The translations under genes and the position numbers were made by a program. A stretch of DNA of 64,000 bases from Chrysomallon squamiferum (taxonomy: Eukaryota; Animalia; Mollusca), in assembly GCA_012295275.1 (NCBI GenBank), contig CM022666.1, positions 11,346,001-11,410,000 on the forward strand, in the 5' to 3' direction. The notes under the pieces were generated by a model, which had not been told where the DNA came from, made no database searches, and saw only the letters and a list, made by a program, of their open reading frames with translations. How positions within the stretch are numbered: position 1 is the first letter of the stretch; each line of letters starts with the position of its first letter. Positions 13,992 to 26,228 of this stretch are shown piece by piece.

Positions 13992-14814
13992 GAACACACA
14001 TTTCTCTTTTCTCAAACATTAGTTTAATATCAGAATTGACATTTTCTTTTGTATTGTTCTATCATTCATGACTGAATTTTATTATTATAAACATGGTTGT
14101 TTGTTCAAGTAATTATTCTCATTTATTCACAAAATTTAAACTGCAAAGAGGTTACAAAATAAAAATGTTATATGTCAAGAATAAACATTTAAAAACATAT
14201 ATTTAAACAGAAAAACAGTTAATGTGCACAGCTTAATGTAAATGTTTCAAAACATTTTTTCATTAAAAAAGTAAAAATTCATAATGATAAGTTATTAGTG
14301 GATTAGTTTATTTAATATCTGCCAAATAAAACACCTGTTACATTTTAAGCAATTGAAAAATAGTCCTAATTATTTTTGGCTATTTCTGTCTTTTAACATA
14401 CATGTCAACAATTTGTTTTGTTTTTTTCTTCTATTTTTTTTCTCAGTGTTGTATGAATTTTATAGGATTCATTAATTTTTCACTCCATTAAGATTAAATT
14501 TTCTTCAGTGGTCAGAGCTGGTTCCACAGCAGCAGGGTTACAGTAATGATACGACAATCTTATTTTGAGTTTTAATGAACAAACATCTGACTCATCAGCA
14601 CTTTATTAAGCAATCATGACTTTGTTACACATGATGAAGATAAAATATCAGTCACCATTCACTCTTATCAGTTGACAGCTAAAGACCATTCATATGAAGC
14701 TTCTGCATAAATAAGCAAGAACTTAACAGTTGAATCTATGTATTTGACAATTACTTTTTATATCACACAATATAAGGTGTTTAAAAAATAAAATTAAAAA
14801 TTTGTTTATGCATG

Positions 14815-14861
<47 letters not shown>

Positions 14862-14879
14862 ATATATATATATATATAT
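14815..14879. repeat. (TATC)n(TA)n microsatellite
   Basis: Directly visible. Confidence 0.95.
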
Positions 14880-15473
14880 GTCCATTTCTGTGTTGTTAGA
14901 TTAAACCAGTAAATGTTTGTTAATTTTTTTTATTTATACTCCTTTTTCTTGCTATAATTAGTGGGTTTTTCCCATTGATATTTAGGAACTTTATGTAGTC
15001 ATCCATTATATAAATAAAAAGTTAAACCTTATCAGAATTCATGTTATTACTTCTTTGAAATACATTTACTGTGAGAAAATATAATCCCAAAATTTATATT
15101 TTAGCATTTATAAAAGCATTTCTTCATAGTATCAAAATATGTTGTGTGACATGCAGGTATAATATCTATGTAATGATGCTACAGAAATTGTAGAGTCACA
15201 TGGAGTATCAAACTGGTTTCATTCATTTATAACGATTGATTATACAATTAAAATGAATACTTATATTTTTTGTATACTTCAGTAGATTCTGAAAATTATT
15301 TGATGCTAAATATTTGTATGGAGGAAAATTCTGATTTCTTGTATTTTCATGTGTAGGTCCTACAGTCTCATCATACACATACAAGATATATAGAATTTTC
15401 ATGAGATATAATTCTGTAAATACTCCATAACTTCATAGATATTTAGATTAACTGTCATATTCTGGTAACACAC

Positions 15474-15504
<31 letters not shown>

Positions 15505-15809
15505 CTTTGTAAAAAGTGAACACTGAAAGAGGAAGACAAATTGCAACTGACTAATATATATATTTTTGTTTTGGTTTTATTTTTCTAAACAAAAAAATCC
15601 CCTTCTGGATTGACAGTCTACATATGTAACAAACATGGTAAATCAATAATAATTTGGCATGCAGACAAATAATTTGAATCATAATACATCAGCAAATAAC
15701 CTCTACTGCATTTTTTCCTTCACAATTAAAGTTATATATCTTTAGTGAACTAAACGATTGCTATAGTAATCGTTTATCTTGTTAATTATAAATATTTCCT
15801 TCATTTGTG

Positions 15810-15840
<31 letters not shown>

Positions 15841-15989
15841 ATTACTTTGCTTAAATTTTAACTGCTTAAAAAATGCTCCATATTCAAAAGATATGATAGC
15901 ACTGCTTTTTAAAAAGGTAACAGTACTGTACGTTTATTACCTTTCGTCTACCACAGAAATAAACAAGAAAAGAGTTCTTTCCCTTCAAT

Positions 15990-16060
15990 TCTAACCAATA
16001 TTTTGTTTTATCGTTGACGTCATCATCGCTACCGGAAACCCATATATGCGGAAGCGGCGT
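15990..16060 (+). promoter_or_regulatory. MSL2 proximal promoter: CCAAT, full CRE and two ETS-type sites
   Basis: CCAAT 15995-15999, TGACGTCA 16015-16022, ACCGGAAA 16031-16038, GCGGAAG 16048-16054; CpG-rich and about 110-170 bp upstream of the ATG. Confidence 0.6.
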
Positions 16061-16165
16061 AGTAGATTTTTACTTTGATCTTCTTTCACATTTTTTTTGT
16101 TGACTGGTTTTTTTTTTTTTGAATGTGTTTTTCTAAAAATTAAACATCAAAGGATCTAAAACAAA

Positions 16166-17302
16166 ATGACAGCTAGATCTAGTGCTGTTGAACTTTACTT
16201 TTCTACTTGTCGATGTGTAATGCAGGCAGAACCAAACGAACGTGAGTCCTGGGCAGACCTATATCGATATTTACCATTAATGCGTCAGGCCATTTCATGC
16301 AGTGTTTGTGGAAATATCGTTTTAAGACCATTACGCCCCCCTCACAGGGTTTGTCAGCACAGTATCTGCACTGGTTGTTTTGGTGGAAAATTCCGATTAA
16401 AACCAGCATGTAGTTGGTGTAAAGATCATGATACTTTTGTTGAAAATAAACAGATGAGAATATTGATTTTATGTTTCAAGAAACTGTGCAGTTATATCTA
16501 TGGTTCACAGATAGGGACAGAAATAGCATCGAACACATCGAATGGCGAGAAAAACAGATTGGACGTATTACTCAGAGAGATTATTAATTTTGAAGATGAG
16601 GACTATGTTTCAGTGACATCTGTTTCACAAATGACTATGCCAGTGCTAACACGAATTTCAGAAAAATGTAATAGATCAAGTAAAACGAGTTCAAGAAATA
16701 TTTCTTCAATATGTACACATGAAAAGTCGCGAATTGACCCACCAACACTCCAGCCAGTCAACATGACATCAGATGATGCAGTAAAATCAAGTATGTTTAC
16801 CAGTACTGGTGTAACCAATCAGTATGTGCCTAACATCAAACAGTCAGAAGAGTCATCTGAACCGAAATCAATGTCTGGAACAAATCATAAACAAATCTGT
16901 ACCAGAATTCGACCGCAAAACATGAATCGAAGATTACCAAAGAAGGCAAGGATACACAGAAAACAATTCATCCAGAAACATTTATTCTCACGAAAGCGAA
17001 AACAGAAATCACAAAAACTTTCTTATGAAGAAAAATTCTTATCTCAGCTACCCACCAAACGTCTTCGCACAGAAACATTGGCTCAGCCAGAGAGAAAGAT
17101 TTGCAAATGTGCGCGAAACAAATTGCCAAACATATTAACATGCATGGGACAAAGGTGCCCATGCTACAGAAACTTCATGCCATGTATCGGGTGTCTGTGT
17201 AGAGGCTGTCGTAACAACAGGAAGGTTGCAAGAGATAAAAGTATTGCAGCAACAAATTTTCAAGCAGAAAATCAGTTTCGATTCATGAACTCCTCCCTTT
17301 GA
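16166..17302 (+). CDS. MSL2: E3 ubiquitin ligase MSL2 (male-specific lethal 2 homolog), uninterrupted CDS, 378 aa
   Basis: N-terminal WADLYRYLPLMRQAISC followed by the RING CSVC..CQHSICTGC..LKPACSWCKD..FVENKQMRILILCFKKLC. C-terminal 9-Cys CXC domain CKC..LTCMGQRCPCY..CIGCLCRGCRN. Confidence 0.95.
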   Translation: MTARSSAVELYFSTCRCVMQAEPNERESWADLYRYLPLMRQAISCSVCGNIVLRPLRPPHRVCQHSICTGCFGGKFRLKPACSWCKDHDTFVENKQMRILILCFKKLCSYIYGSQIGTEIASNTSNGEKNRLDVLLREIINFEDEDYVSVTSVSQMTMPVLTRISEKCNRSSKTSSRNISSICTHEKSRIDPPTLQPVNMTSDDAVKSSMFTSTGVTNQYVPNIKQSEESSEPKSMSGTNHKQICTRIRPQNMNRRLPKKARIHRKQFIQKHLFSRKRKQKSQKLSYEEKFLSQLPTKRLRTETLAQPERKICKCARNKLPNILTCMGQRCPCYRNFMPCIGCLCRGCRNNRKVARDKSIAATNFQAENQFRFMNSSL

Positions 17303-20300
17303 TGCCATGCCACAGCAATCTTATGGCGGGTGCGAAAAAAAACTTATTGTGAATTTTATTCATGCACATAAACATTAAATTTTTGTGAACACAGTTTAAT
17401 TAATGTAATGTGAATATTAATTGACATATTGTTTATCATTAACACTGCAATATATATATACTGAAAAATATATTTAAATCTATTTGAAAATTAATTTTAT
17501 TACATTTTATTGATAGACTGAATTTTAAAAATTGTATTGGAAAAAGAGTGGTTATTCGTTATAAGTGCCATTTGTTTGTTTTTTTAACTTTAGTTTTATA
17601 ACTATTTAATTACTTTTTATCTAAATGAGCTGGTATATAATTGTTGTTGTTTTCATCACAAGACTGTCATACAACATTCTGTTTGATCACTGTAATTATT
17701 TTTACCAGTATCTCAAGTAAGTTTGATACATATATATTTAAATGTTCATAAAATTTATAAATATATTTATATTCTCTCAAAGGCAGCCAAAAATTTTGGT
17801 AACACGTATTTATCTTTATCAACAAATTTCACTTCCAAACATTGTAACTATAATCAAATTTTTCATATCCATTTCATATATATTTTTTTATTTTCTAGTT
17901 TTGTTAATTGTATTCACACTTTAAATTTTAAATATATATATTTCAACAGACCCAGAAGCAAATATTAATAATATCATCTAATAAAGATATTCTAAAGCAA
18001 CAACATTTCAGCCATTTTGTTAATTTTGGTACTTAAACACATAACTTTGCAAAAATTAAAAACAATAAAAACTGCTTAAAAAATTCAAAAACAGTCTAAA
18101 TGATGTTTTACAGTGTACAATTGTAAATGGTAGTTAACAGCAAATATTACCACTTCACTCGCAGGTGGATCTTTATGTTTTACTGAGCAACTGAAGCAGA
18201 CAAGCAGTGAAAAGATTTCTAGCAGAAATAATAAATAGTACATGTATGTATAAATTACTGTATAGTTCATGTTATGAAAATGTACATTTTGTATTTATAT
18301 ATTAATATGTGTAAATTATTGATCTCCACATTCTTAATGTGTACAAACCTTTTTCTGCACAGTTTCTTTCTCAAACATACTGGATATTTGCACACGAATA
18401 CATTCACATTTGTACACATGTACATTGTATGTACACTATCATCCAAAATAATACTATTTCACATGCACATACATGTTTACACTTGGAGATAGTTACACAC
18501 ATTCACTTACCTGCACAAATGCTCTTTGAACTCAAATGCATATACAGTGCAATACATAATCAATGATCACAACTTAGAGGCAGAGTTCTTTTGGTGACGG
18601 AATAAAATAGTAGAACATTAGAACATGTTTCCAATTTGAGTATATGGGAAAAAAAAAAAAAATAGAATGTTCATATTTTGAAATAATCTTTATATCTAAT
18701 TTTTTTTATATATCATTATGATAGTATCAAAGATTTCATATATATTTATTACATATATTTTCTCTTACCTAGCAAATATTATCAGGCGTGGTATATATAA
18801 ATAAGCATTATAATTACAAATAAATATGTAAATCAATATTTATAATGCTACATGTTTAATTTGATTTAGTATGACCTTAAACAGTTAAATCTGACTAAAT
18901 AATGGTTTAAAATAATAACAGCAGTTGTAAACAAATCTAACAGTAATTCCAACAGCTTTTTAAAATCATGTCTGCCTATTCACAAATATTTTATGTTAAT
19001 AATCAGGTTTTAATTCAGATTTTCTGTCAAATCAGTAAATCATGTTAATCAAAATACATGAGATGGTATTTGAATAATTTAAAAAATAAGCCACACACAC
19101 ACACATATATATATAAGCCCTACAAATACTACTAAGAATTGTAAAAACCCTCATAAAAGATACTAGTTTTCTAGCATGCTGTACATCAAACCATATGGAT
19201 ACAATTTATTCTACAGTAACTTTTAAAATAAATATATTTTCAAAATTGCAAATGAAATCCTGTGGGTAAAACAGTCTTATTATATATTTTTGATAATACT
19301 TAATTAGCCACTGCTTGGTATATTGCATAAAATTACTGTGTTTGTTAACAATTCATGTCCATTTGGAAAGTACAGTAAATATTTTATATATATATAAAAT
19401 ATACATATATATGTGTGTGTGTAAACCCGAGTGCTGTTAAATGAGATTATTTTGTTAATTTTGATTCATTAGTTATGTCTACATATAATTTTTAATCACA
19501 AATTATCTGTATCATTTTAGAAGTATATTTTTGTACAATGGTAAAACAATTTAGACTGTCTCATACTTTTATTATTTACAAATTGTACTCCATAACTTCA
19601 GTTTTTTTTCACTTCCGGTTACAAAGAATATATTGTAATTGTGAGATACAGTTTGTAACAATTTTTCTATTCACATCTCTGCTTTAAATATGTAAATATT
19701 ATGTTAAAGCAGGGATGTGGTCAAAAAAAGAAAAAGAAATAAACCAGGAAAAAAACCCTTCAAAAAACATGTAAGTGAAGATTGGAATTTCAGTTTTTTG
19801 CAAACGCCCCACCCACAGTTCTATTGTTTTTGTATAAAAAGAGTCAAACATACGTTAAACAGACCATGTTAACTAACTAGAGACCATGTGCACATAGTGA
19901 AAATTACAGGAATAGAGTATCTCAGCTGTTATATTTGTCTCTAATTTATATTTACTCTGAAATACTACAACAGAATGGATTTAATTTTGTGTACAATGCT
20001 TGTTGAAATATCGTTTTTGTAATTAACTTATGGTTTGTTGTATGTAATTGTGACACATGATATATATTAAAAAAAACTCAAATTTGTATTTTAATTATTA
20101 TTATTAACGTGTAAATTTATTTATTTCTTTTTCTTTTTAATTTAATTATGTATTTATTTAGCTTTGTTTATTAAAATAAAAAAGACAAAGGTGCAACAAC
20201 TTATAACTAACAGGTTATTAATACCTTACAGTTTTGTACAAATATAGTTAATTTATTGAAATACAGTATTTAACAACATCATTATCTGTTCAGACATATT

Positions 20301-20324
20301 TTAAAACTAAATCTGAAATTTCAC

Positions 20325-22264
20325 ATTAACAAACAAAGCTTAAATTTATTTGTGGATATTTCTCATTCTTAAATGTCTTATTCAGACTAATGTAAATCTT
20401 ATTTTAATTTTAATTTTTATATTTATTCTTTTAAATTAAGTTTATCAAAAAACAAACAAACAACAACAACAAAAAAACAACTAAAGGTTTAATAACATTG
20501 TTAATAACCATTGAATTTGGTTATTTCTTAATGGTAGATCCTAACCTTTAACGAATCAGTTCTATTTAGTACTGAGACATAATGTAAAAATAACTCGTTT
20601 TATTTTTTTTATACAGTTGTAATTTTCCAAAGAGTGAGACAACACAAGTTGTATTTTTGGTAGAACATTAACATAATAAACCATGTAAAAATATTTTGAA
20701 CTTGACTTTTTATGAGTATTTTGACATTCAAAGTTTCTCTTAAAATGCATTTTATTTTTGTTTTCATGTTAACCTCTTAATCGATATACAATTTGTCGTA
20801 AATATTACGATAGAAACAAAATAATGTGTTTTGATTAGATCAAGAAAAATGTTCAGAATTAGAAAGTTATTTTTATTACAGTTTTCATATTTTTATTTAA
20901 AAAAAAAAAGAAAAACGAAAGAATCGTCTTTGAACAAGAAACTATGACAAGTACACTTAAAACGTAAATTGTACTGATGTTCATAACTGGCTATATGTGG
21001 ACTATTTTCCTTTTAACAATTTGCAAACAATTGATGTCGATATTTTAAAACTGATTAATAGATTAATATCTGCTTAGATTGGTTTCATGGACTATCACAA
21101 AACGGATATTGTAATAAATTTTTATTTTATTTTTATTATGACTAAAACAAATACAGCGTGATTCAATATTTGTAACTATATCACATTCATTTTATATTTT
21201 TAATTTATTTCTGAACTTTCCTTGTACAGCTACAGTTATAAATGCTACAACGTTACAGCTGGCCACATAAAGTAAATTTTATATACAAAACTAATATAAA
21301 GTAATTAACAAACAAAGCTTAAATTTATTTGTGGATATTTCTCATTCTTAAATGTCTTATTCAGACTAATGTAAATCTTATTTTAATTTTAATTTTTATA
21401 TTTATTCTTTTAAATTAAGTTTATCAAAAAACAAACAAACAACAACAACAAAAAAACAACTAAAGGTTTAATAACATTGTTAATAACCATTGAATTTGGT
21501 TATTTCTTAATGGTAGATCCTAACCTTTAACGAATCAGTTCTATTTAGTACTGAGACATAATGTAAAAATAACTCGTTTTATTTTTTTTATACAGTTGTA
21601 ATTTTCCAAAGAGTGAGACAACACAAGTTGTATTTTTGGTAGAACATTAACATAATAAACCATGTAAAAATATTTTGAACTTGACTTTTTATGAGTATTT
21701 TGACATTCAAAGTTTCTCTTAAAATGCATTTTATTTTTGTTTTCATGTTAACCTCTTAATCGATATACAATTTGTAAATATTACGATAGAAACAAAATAA
21801 TGTGTTTTGATTAGATCAAGAAAAATGTTCAGAATTAGAAAGTTATTTTTATTACAGTTTTCATATTTTTATTTAAAAAAAAAAAAGAAAAACGAAAGAA
21901 TCGTCTTTGAACAAGAAACTATGACAAGTACACTTAAAACGTAAATTGTACTGATGTTCATAACTGGCTATATGTGGACTATTTTCCTTTTAACAATTTG
22001 CAAACAATTGATGTCGATATTTTAAAACTGATTAATAGATTAATATCTGCTTAGATTGGTTTCATGGACTATCACAAAACGGATATTGTAATAAATTTTT
22101 ATTTTATTTTTATTATGACTAAAACAAATACAGCGTGATTCAATATTTGTAACTATATCACATTCATTTTATATTTTTAATTTATTTCTGAACTTTCCTT
22201 GTACAGCTACAGTTATAAATGCTACAACGTTACAGCTGGCCACATAAAGTAAATTTTATATACA
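20325..22264. repeat. Near-identical direct tandem duplication: 20325-21287 and 21304-22264, with a 16-bp spacer
   Basis: Identical 62-aa ORFs at 20562 and 21541 (offset 979). The only differences I noticed are a 3-bp indel (tttgtcgtaaat vs tttgtaaat) and one A in a poly-A run. Confidence 0.95.
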
Positions 22265-22291
22265 TACTATATATAAATAGATAGATGTATG

Positions 22292-22340
<49 letters not shown>

Positions 22341-22345
22341 ATATG

Positions 22346-22379
<34 letters not shown>

Positions 22380-22494
22380 GTTAAAATTTGATTACGAATG
22401 ATTTGGACGACCAATTTCTAAGTTTATTTATTTACTTTTATTTTTTATTTTTATTTTCATAAAAATTATGTGAGTTATATTATTACGTCTCAAA

Positions 22495-22618
22495 CTATCC
22501 GAGCTGCGACGAATATATCCGAATATTTCCGAATATTCTGAAACATCTGGAAACATGACGTAATTTTATTGTTGCCCTACCTTAATTTGTTTCAGCCAAC
22601 GGAAGGTGCGCAAGTTCG
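22495..22618 (+). promoter_or_regulatory. Candidate promoter and non-coding first exon of the 26229 giant gene
   Basis: CpG cluster, TGACGTAA at 22557-22564, and a consensus donor CG|GTAAGT at 22618/22619; a matching acceptor ttcacag| lies at 26220, just before the ATG at 26229. Confidence 0.45.
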
Positions 22619-22674
22619 GTAAGTTTTTGATTATATATTTTCAGTGTTTGTATTATAATACATAAATAAATAAC

Positions 22675-22713
<39 letters not shown>

Positions 22714-23242
22714 AAGCATATTTAAACAAAACTGATAGATTTTCGATATAATATAAAATGAGGATGGTGACTGAAAATAACAATATATTATTCTTCATGT
22801 TCGATCATTATTTGCCCCATATTAAGTGCAAAGAAAATATACGTTTAGAAATCTGAAGAACAAAATCATTTAAAAAAAAAAAAAAAAAATTAGATGATGA
22901 TGATGATGATGATGTGTGCGTGTGTGAGAGTGAATAAATGGTTACTTACTTAAGAATTATCTTAAGTAAGTAATATGTGTTGTACATCATGTGACCTGCA
23001 AATGACAGCGCGCTTTTCTATCAGCGAAGAAGAAACTGATTTAAAAAAAAAAAAAAAAAAAAAAATGTTTTTTCGACAATTTCCTGTAAAATATTGATTA
23101 TTTTAAGTTGCTTTCGTTATAAACATATAATATGGATCCATTCTAGGTTTGGACGGTCTTAGATCACATAAGCGTTAAAATAACAGTGCAGTTTTGATTA
23201 AGCGGGTGTTGCTTAGTGGCGGTCAAGTACCAGACCCATGGC

Positions 23243-24395
23243 TGGGGCATAACGGGATAACATCCACTACTGATGCTGCTCAGCCCAAAACACTACACCA
23301 ATACCACCAGTGTGTAAAGACGCATCACCAAGTCTTGTCATTCCACCCACTAGAGGTACCATCAACCCACAGACACCCACAGACACCCAATTTCCCCAGT
23401 CCCGAAGCTCAAAGTAAAGGTTTCTGTGACATGTAAAGGCATAAATCGTTGATCAATGATTGTATTAACAAGTAGCCTATACAACCAGTAAGTCCTGGAA
23501 CAGCAGAAAGCAAAGACCGTGAATAAAGTAATTAGGCCTAAAACAAAGGTGTAAGGAGCGAAATGTGGTAGTAAGCGTGGCACAGCAAAAAAATCTGCAG
23601 TTGTAACTGAGAGGCCTGATGGAGATAGCATCGATGGTGAAAATGCACAGTGCTTATGTTGCAATGATGTATACTCTAATTCGGCTGAAGGTGAAGTCTG
23701 GGTTCAGTGTACTAGATGCACAGGGTGGTCTCATCAGGACTGTGCAGGGGTTGAGGAGGAGGATTTTATTTGTGATATTTCTCACTAAATAACTTTAAAT
23801 CTGACAGTCGAGGTTCAGAAGTTGAATAGTCATGATAGTTGAACAGTGTTTGTTTTGTTTGGCCTACTCTGTGAGTTAAGAGTAAAATGTTGCTTTATGC
23901 AAGGTTTTTACTTATTTACTGATTACTTCCGTACAGTGATTTGCTTTTCCTTAGAATTCAGTTTATAAGTTTGTGCTTGGAGGTTAAATGTAATATCATT
24001 TAAAGGTGTTCATTGCATTTTCGATTTTAGTTATAATCTGTTGTGAATAGATGCTCATGCAGTGCTTCTATTCAGTTAAGATAAATGTTTTGCAGCTTTG
24101 ATAGTCTGTCAGAGTTGTTTATTTTTCTGTGACCTGTGGAGGGAGAAGGTCATCCCATTATGCCCCATCCATTTCAATTTGCCCCTTTACCAAATCCCAA
24201 TTTACCCCGAATATGGGGCAATATGGGAAATTTCAGATAGGTTTGAAATTTTCGAAATATTTGGTAATGCTCTACAACTGCCAAGTGTTGTCTGGTATAC
24301 TGATAGCTTATAACCTAATGAAGCACACTGTATTACGTCTGCCCTTGTAACGCATATCCACGGCCAATGTTAAGTATTTTGTTATGCCTCCCCTA
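23243..24395 (+). mobile_element. Internally deleted, dead pogo/Tigger-like DNA transposon retaining the transposase C-terminus with PHD finger
   Basis: Frame 23390-23788 reads ISPVPK...R*SMIVLTSSLYNQ*...KV*...CLCCNDVYSNSAEGEVWVQCTRCTGWSHQDCAGVEEEDFICDISH* (3 internal stops). An inverted 16-mer TGGGGCATAACGGGAT (23243-23258) pairs with ATCCCATTATGCCCCA (24152-24167), 15/16 match. Boundaries approximate. Confidence 0.7.
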
Positions 24396-25059
24396 CTTGT
24401 CATAGTTTCCTGTTGACAGACGATTATTATTTTTTTTTCATTTTTTTTTAAAGGTATACTTCAGTGTTATCCTAATACTAAACACTGATAAATGAAGTCC
24501 CTAAATACAGCCATTCGTCAGAAGTCATCTTACAAAGCCTAGAATAAAGTTTTGACAGTGATCTTCTTTTACCTACTAGTTTGTTTTCATAACGTACTGT
24601 GATAACCTACTATTAAAAATGATTATAATTGAATGTACCAGTTGAAAAACCAGTTCCATGAATTTCTCACCACGAAGAGACCAGCGGAAAGTTGGTACTA
24701 GTATTAAAACAGCGTCGGGTAGATACAGCGGATCTTTTTAATAAGTTTATGTAAACCGCAAATGTACTCCAAAATATGATTTTCTTCCTTCATACTTTAA
24801 GTTTTTCTTATTGACTAGTTACACAGAAGTTTTAACGAGGTAATTCAGGATCATCTAGGATCGAGTGAAAAACTTTAAGCATAGTTTGCCGACAAAATAT
24901 GTGGTTGATACACGTTTCTATCGATATCATATTGAGACTCCGCACTTTCATAAGACATCGTTAAAATGTGAAGAAAGAAGAAACACCTAATGTTACTCCA
25001 ACAATAATATTTAGAAAATAACATTGGTAAAAAAGTAAAAGTAAAAGAAAAAGTAAATA

Positions 25060-25060
<1 letters not shown>

Positions 25061-25150
<90 letters not shown>

Positions 25151-25155
25151 TTATT
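25061..25155. repeat. (ATT)n(ATTT)n microsatellite
   Basis: Directly visible. Confidence 0.95.
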
Positions 25156-26228
25156 GTTTTTTTAAAAAGATTTTTGCGTATAACCCTTGGATCGAAGCAG
25201 CTAACTTCATTACCTGACCTATTCACCAAGCTTTAGAAGGTTAGTATGAATAAATCAAACAAAATATAAAATAATTGTAGTAAATCATAATGACAAACAG
25301 CCGTAAAACAAGATTCAGTATAGGATTATGCCTAATAACGGAAAACAGGGTAATAAATTTAAAATTGTCACAGTAGCACATTTATTCAAAATTCATTTAT
25401 AACATCAGTATGTTTAATATCAGTATTTGCACAGATTATGAACTTTCAATTCATTTTTCAGATTATATTAATTTAATTACTGATTATAATTTGATATGAA
25501 ATAACATTGTATTGAAAATAGTAAATTTTGTTTGTTTATTTATTTATTTATTATTACAATTATTATTATTATTATTATTATTAGGTGAGGTTAAAAACAT
25601 TTTGGTATTTTTGACAATTGCTACATTTTTAAAATAAGAAAATAGAGAAAACAGTTGTATAAAACAACAAACGTATTAATTGAATATATATATATATATA
25701 TAATTATGATTATTATTGAATTTTCTTTGGCGTAGTGGTATATACAGAGATTAAGAACGCGAGAGATCAGAAATTATTATGAAGGTCATATTGCATGTTA
25801 AAAGCTTCTATTAAAGCAATACTTACCTTTTGTCAAGCACAGCGTATATCATTATTTTCAAAAGGTTAATCTAATATTTATTACTTCTGTTTATTTTAAT
25901 TCTATTAAATTTTTCAATAAATACTTTCTTTAAATCCGATAAAATAAATAATTTAATTTCGAAATTATAGTAAATAAAAATATTTATGTGTTCATTCTTA
26001 AGAAAATCATACGATCGCTCAACAATAACAGTGACATTAACAAATAAATAAATAAATATGTAAATATTTATATACTGTGTTTCTAATGAGCTGAAATATA
26101 TATCCCTATCTATCTATCTATCTATATATATGTAGATATATATTAATTATTATTATTATTATTAATATTATTATTTTATCAAATGTATGTAATAAGAATA
26201 TTTGATTTCTCAATTCACAGACAAAAGC

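Noticed and set aside
19600-19860. Promoter-like motifs (CACTTCCGG, CGCCCCACCC) and a GTAAGT at 19771
   Set aside because: Isolated short motifs that I cannot link to any exon or gene.
20562-21729. Two identical 62-aa ORFs as a duplicated gene
   Set aside because: A chance ORF in AT-rich DNA copied by the tandem duplication; no coding features.
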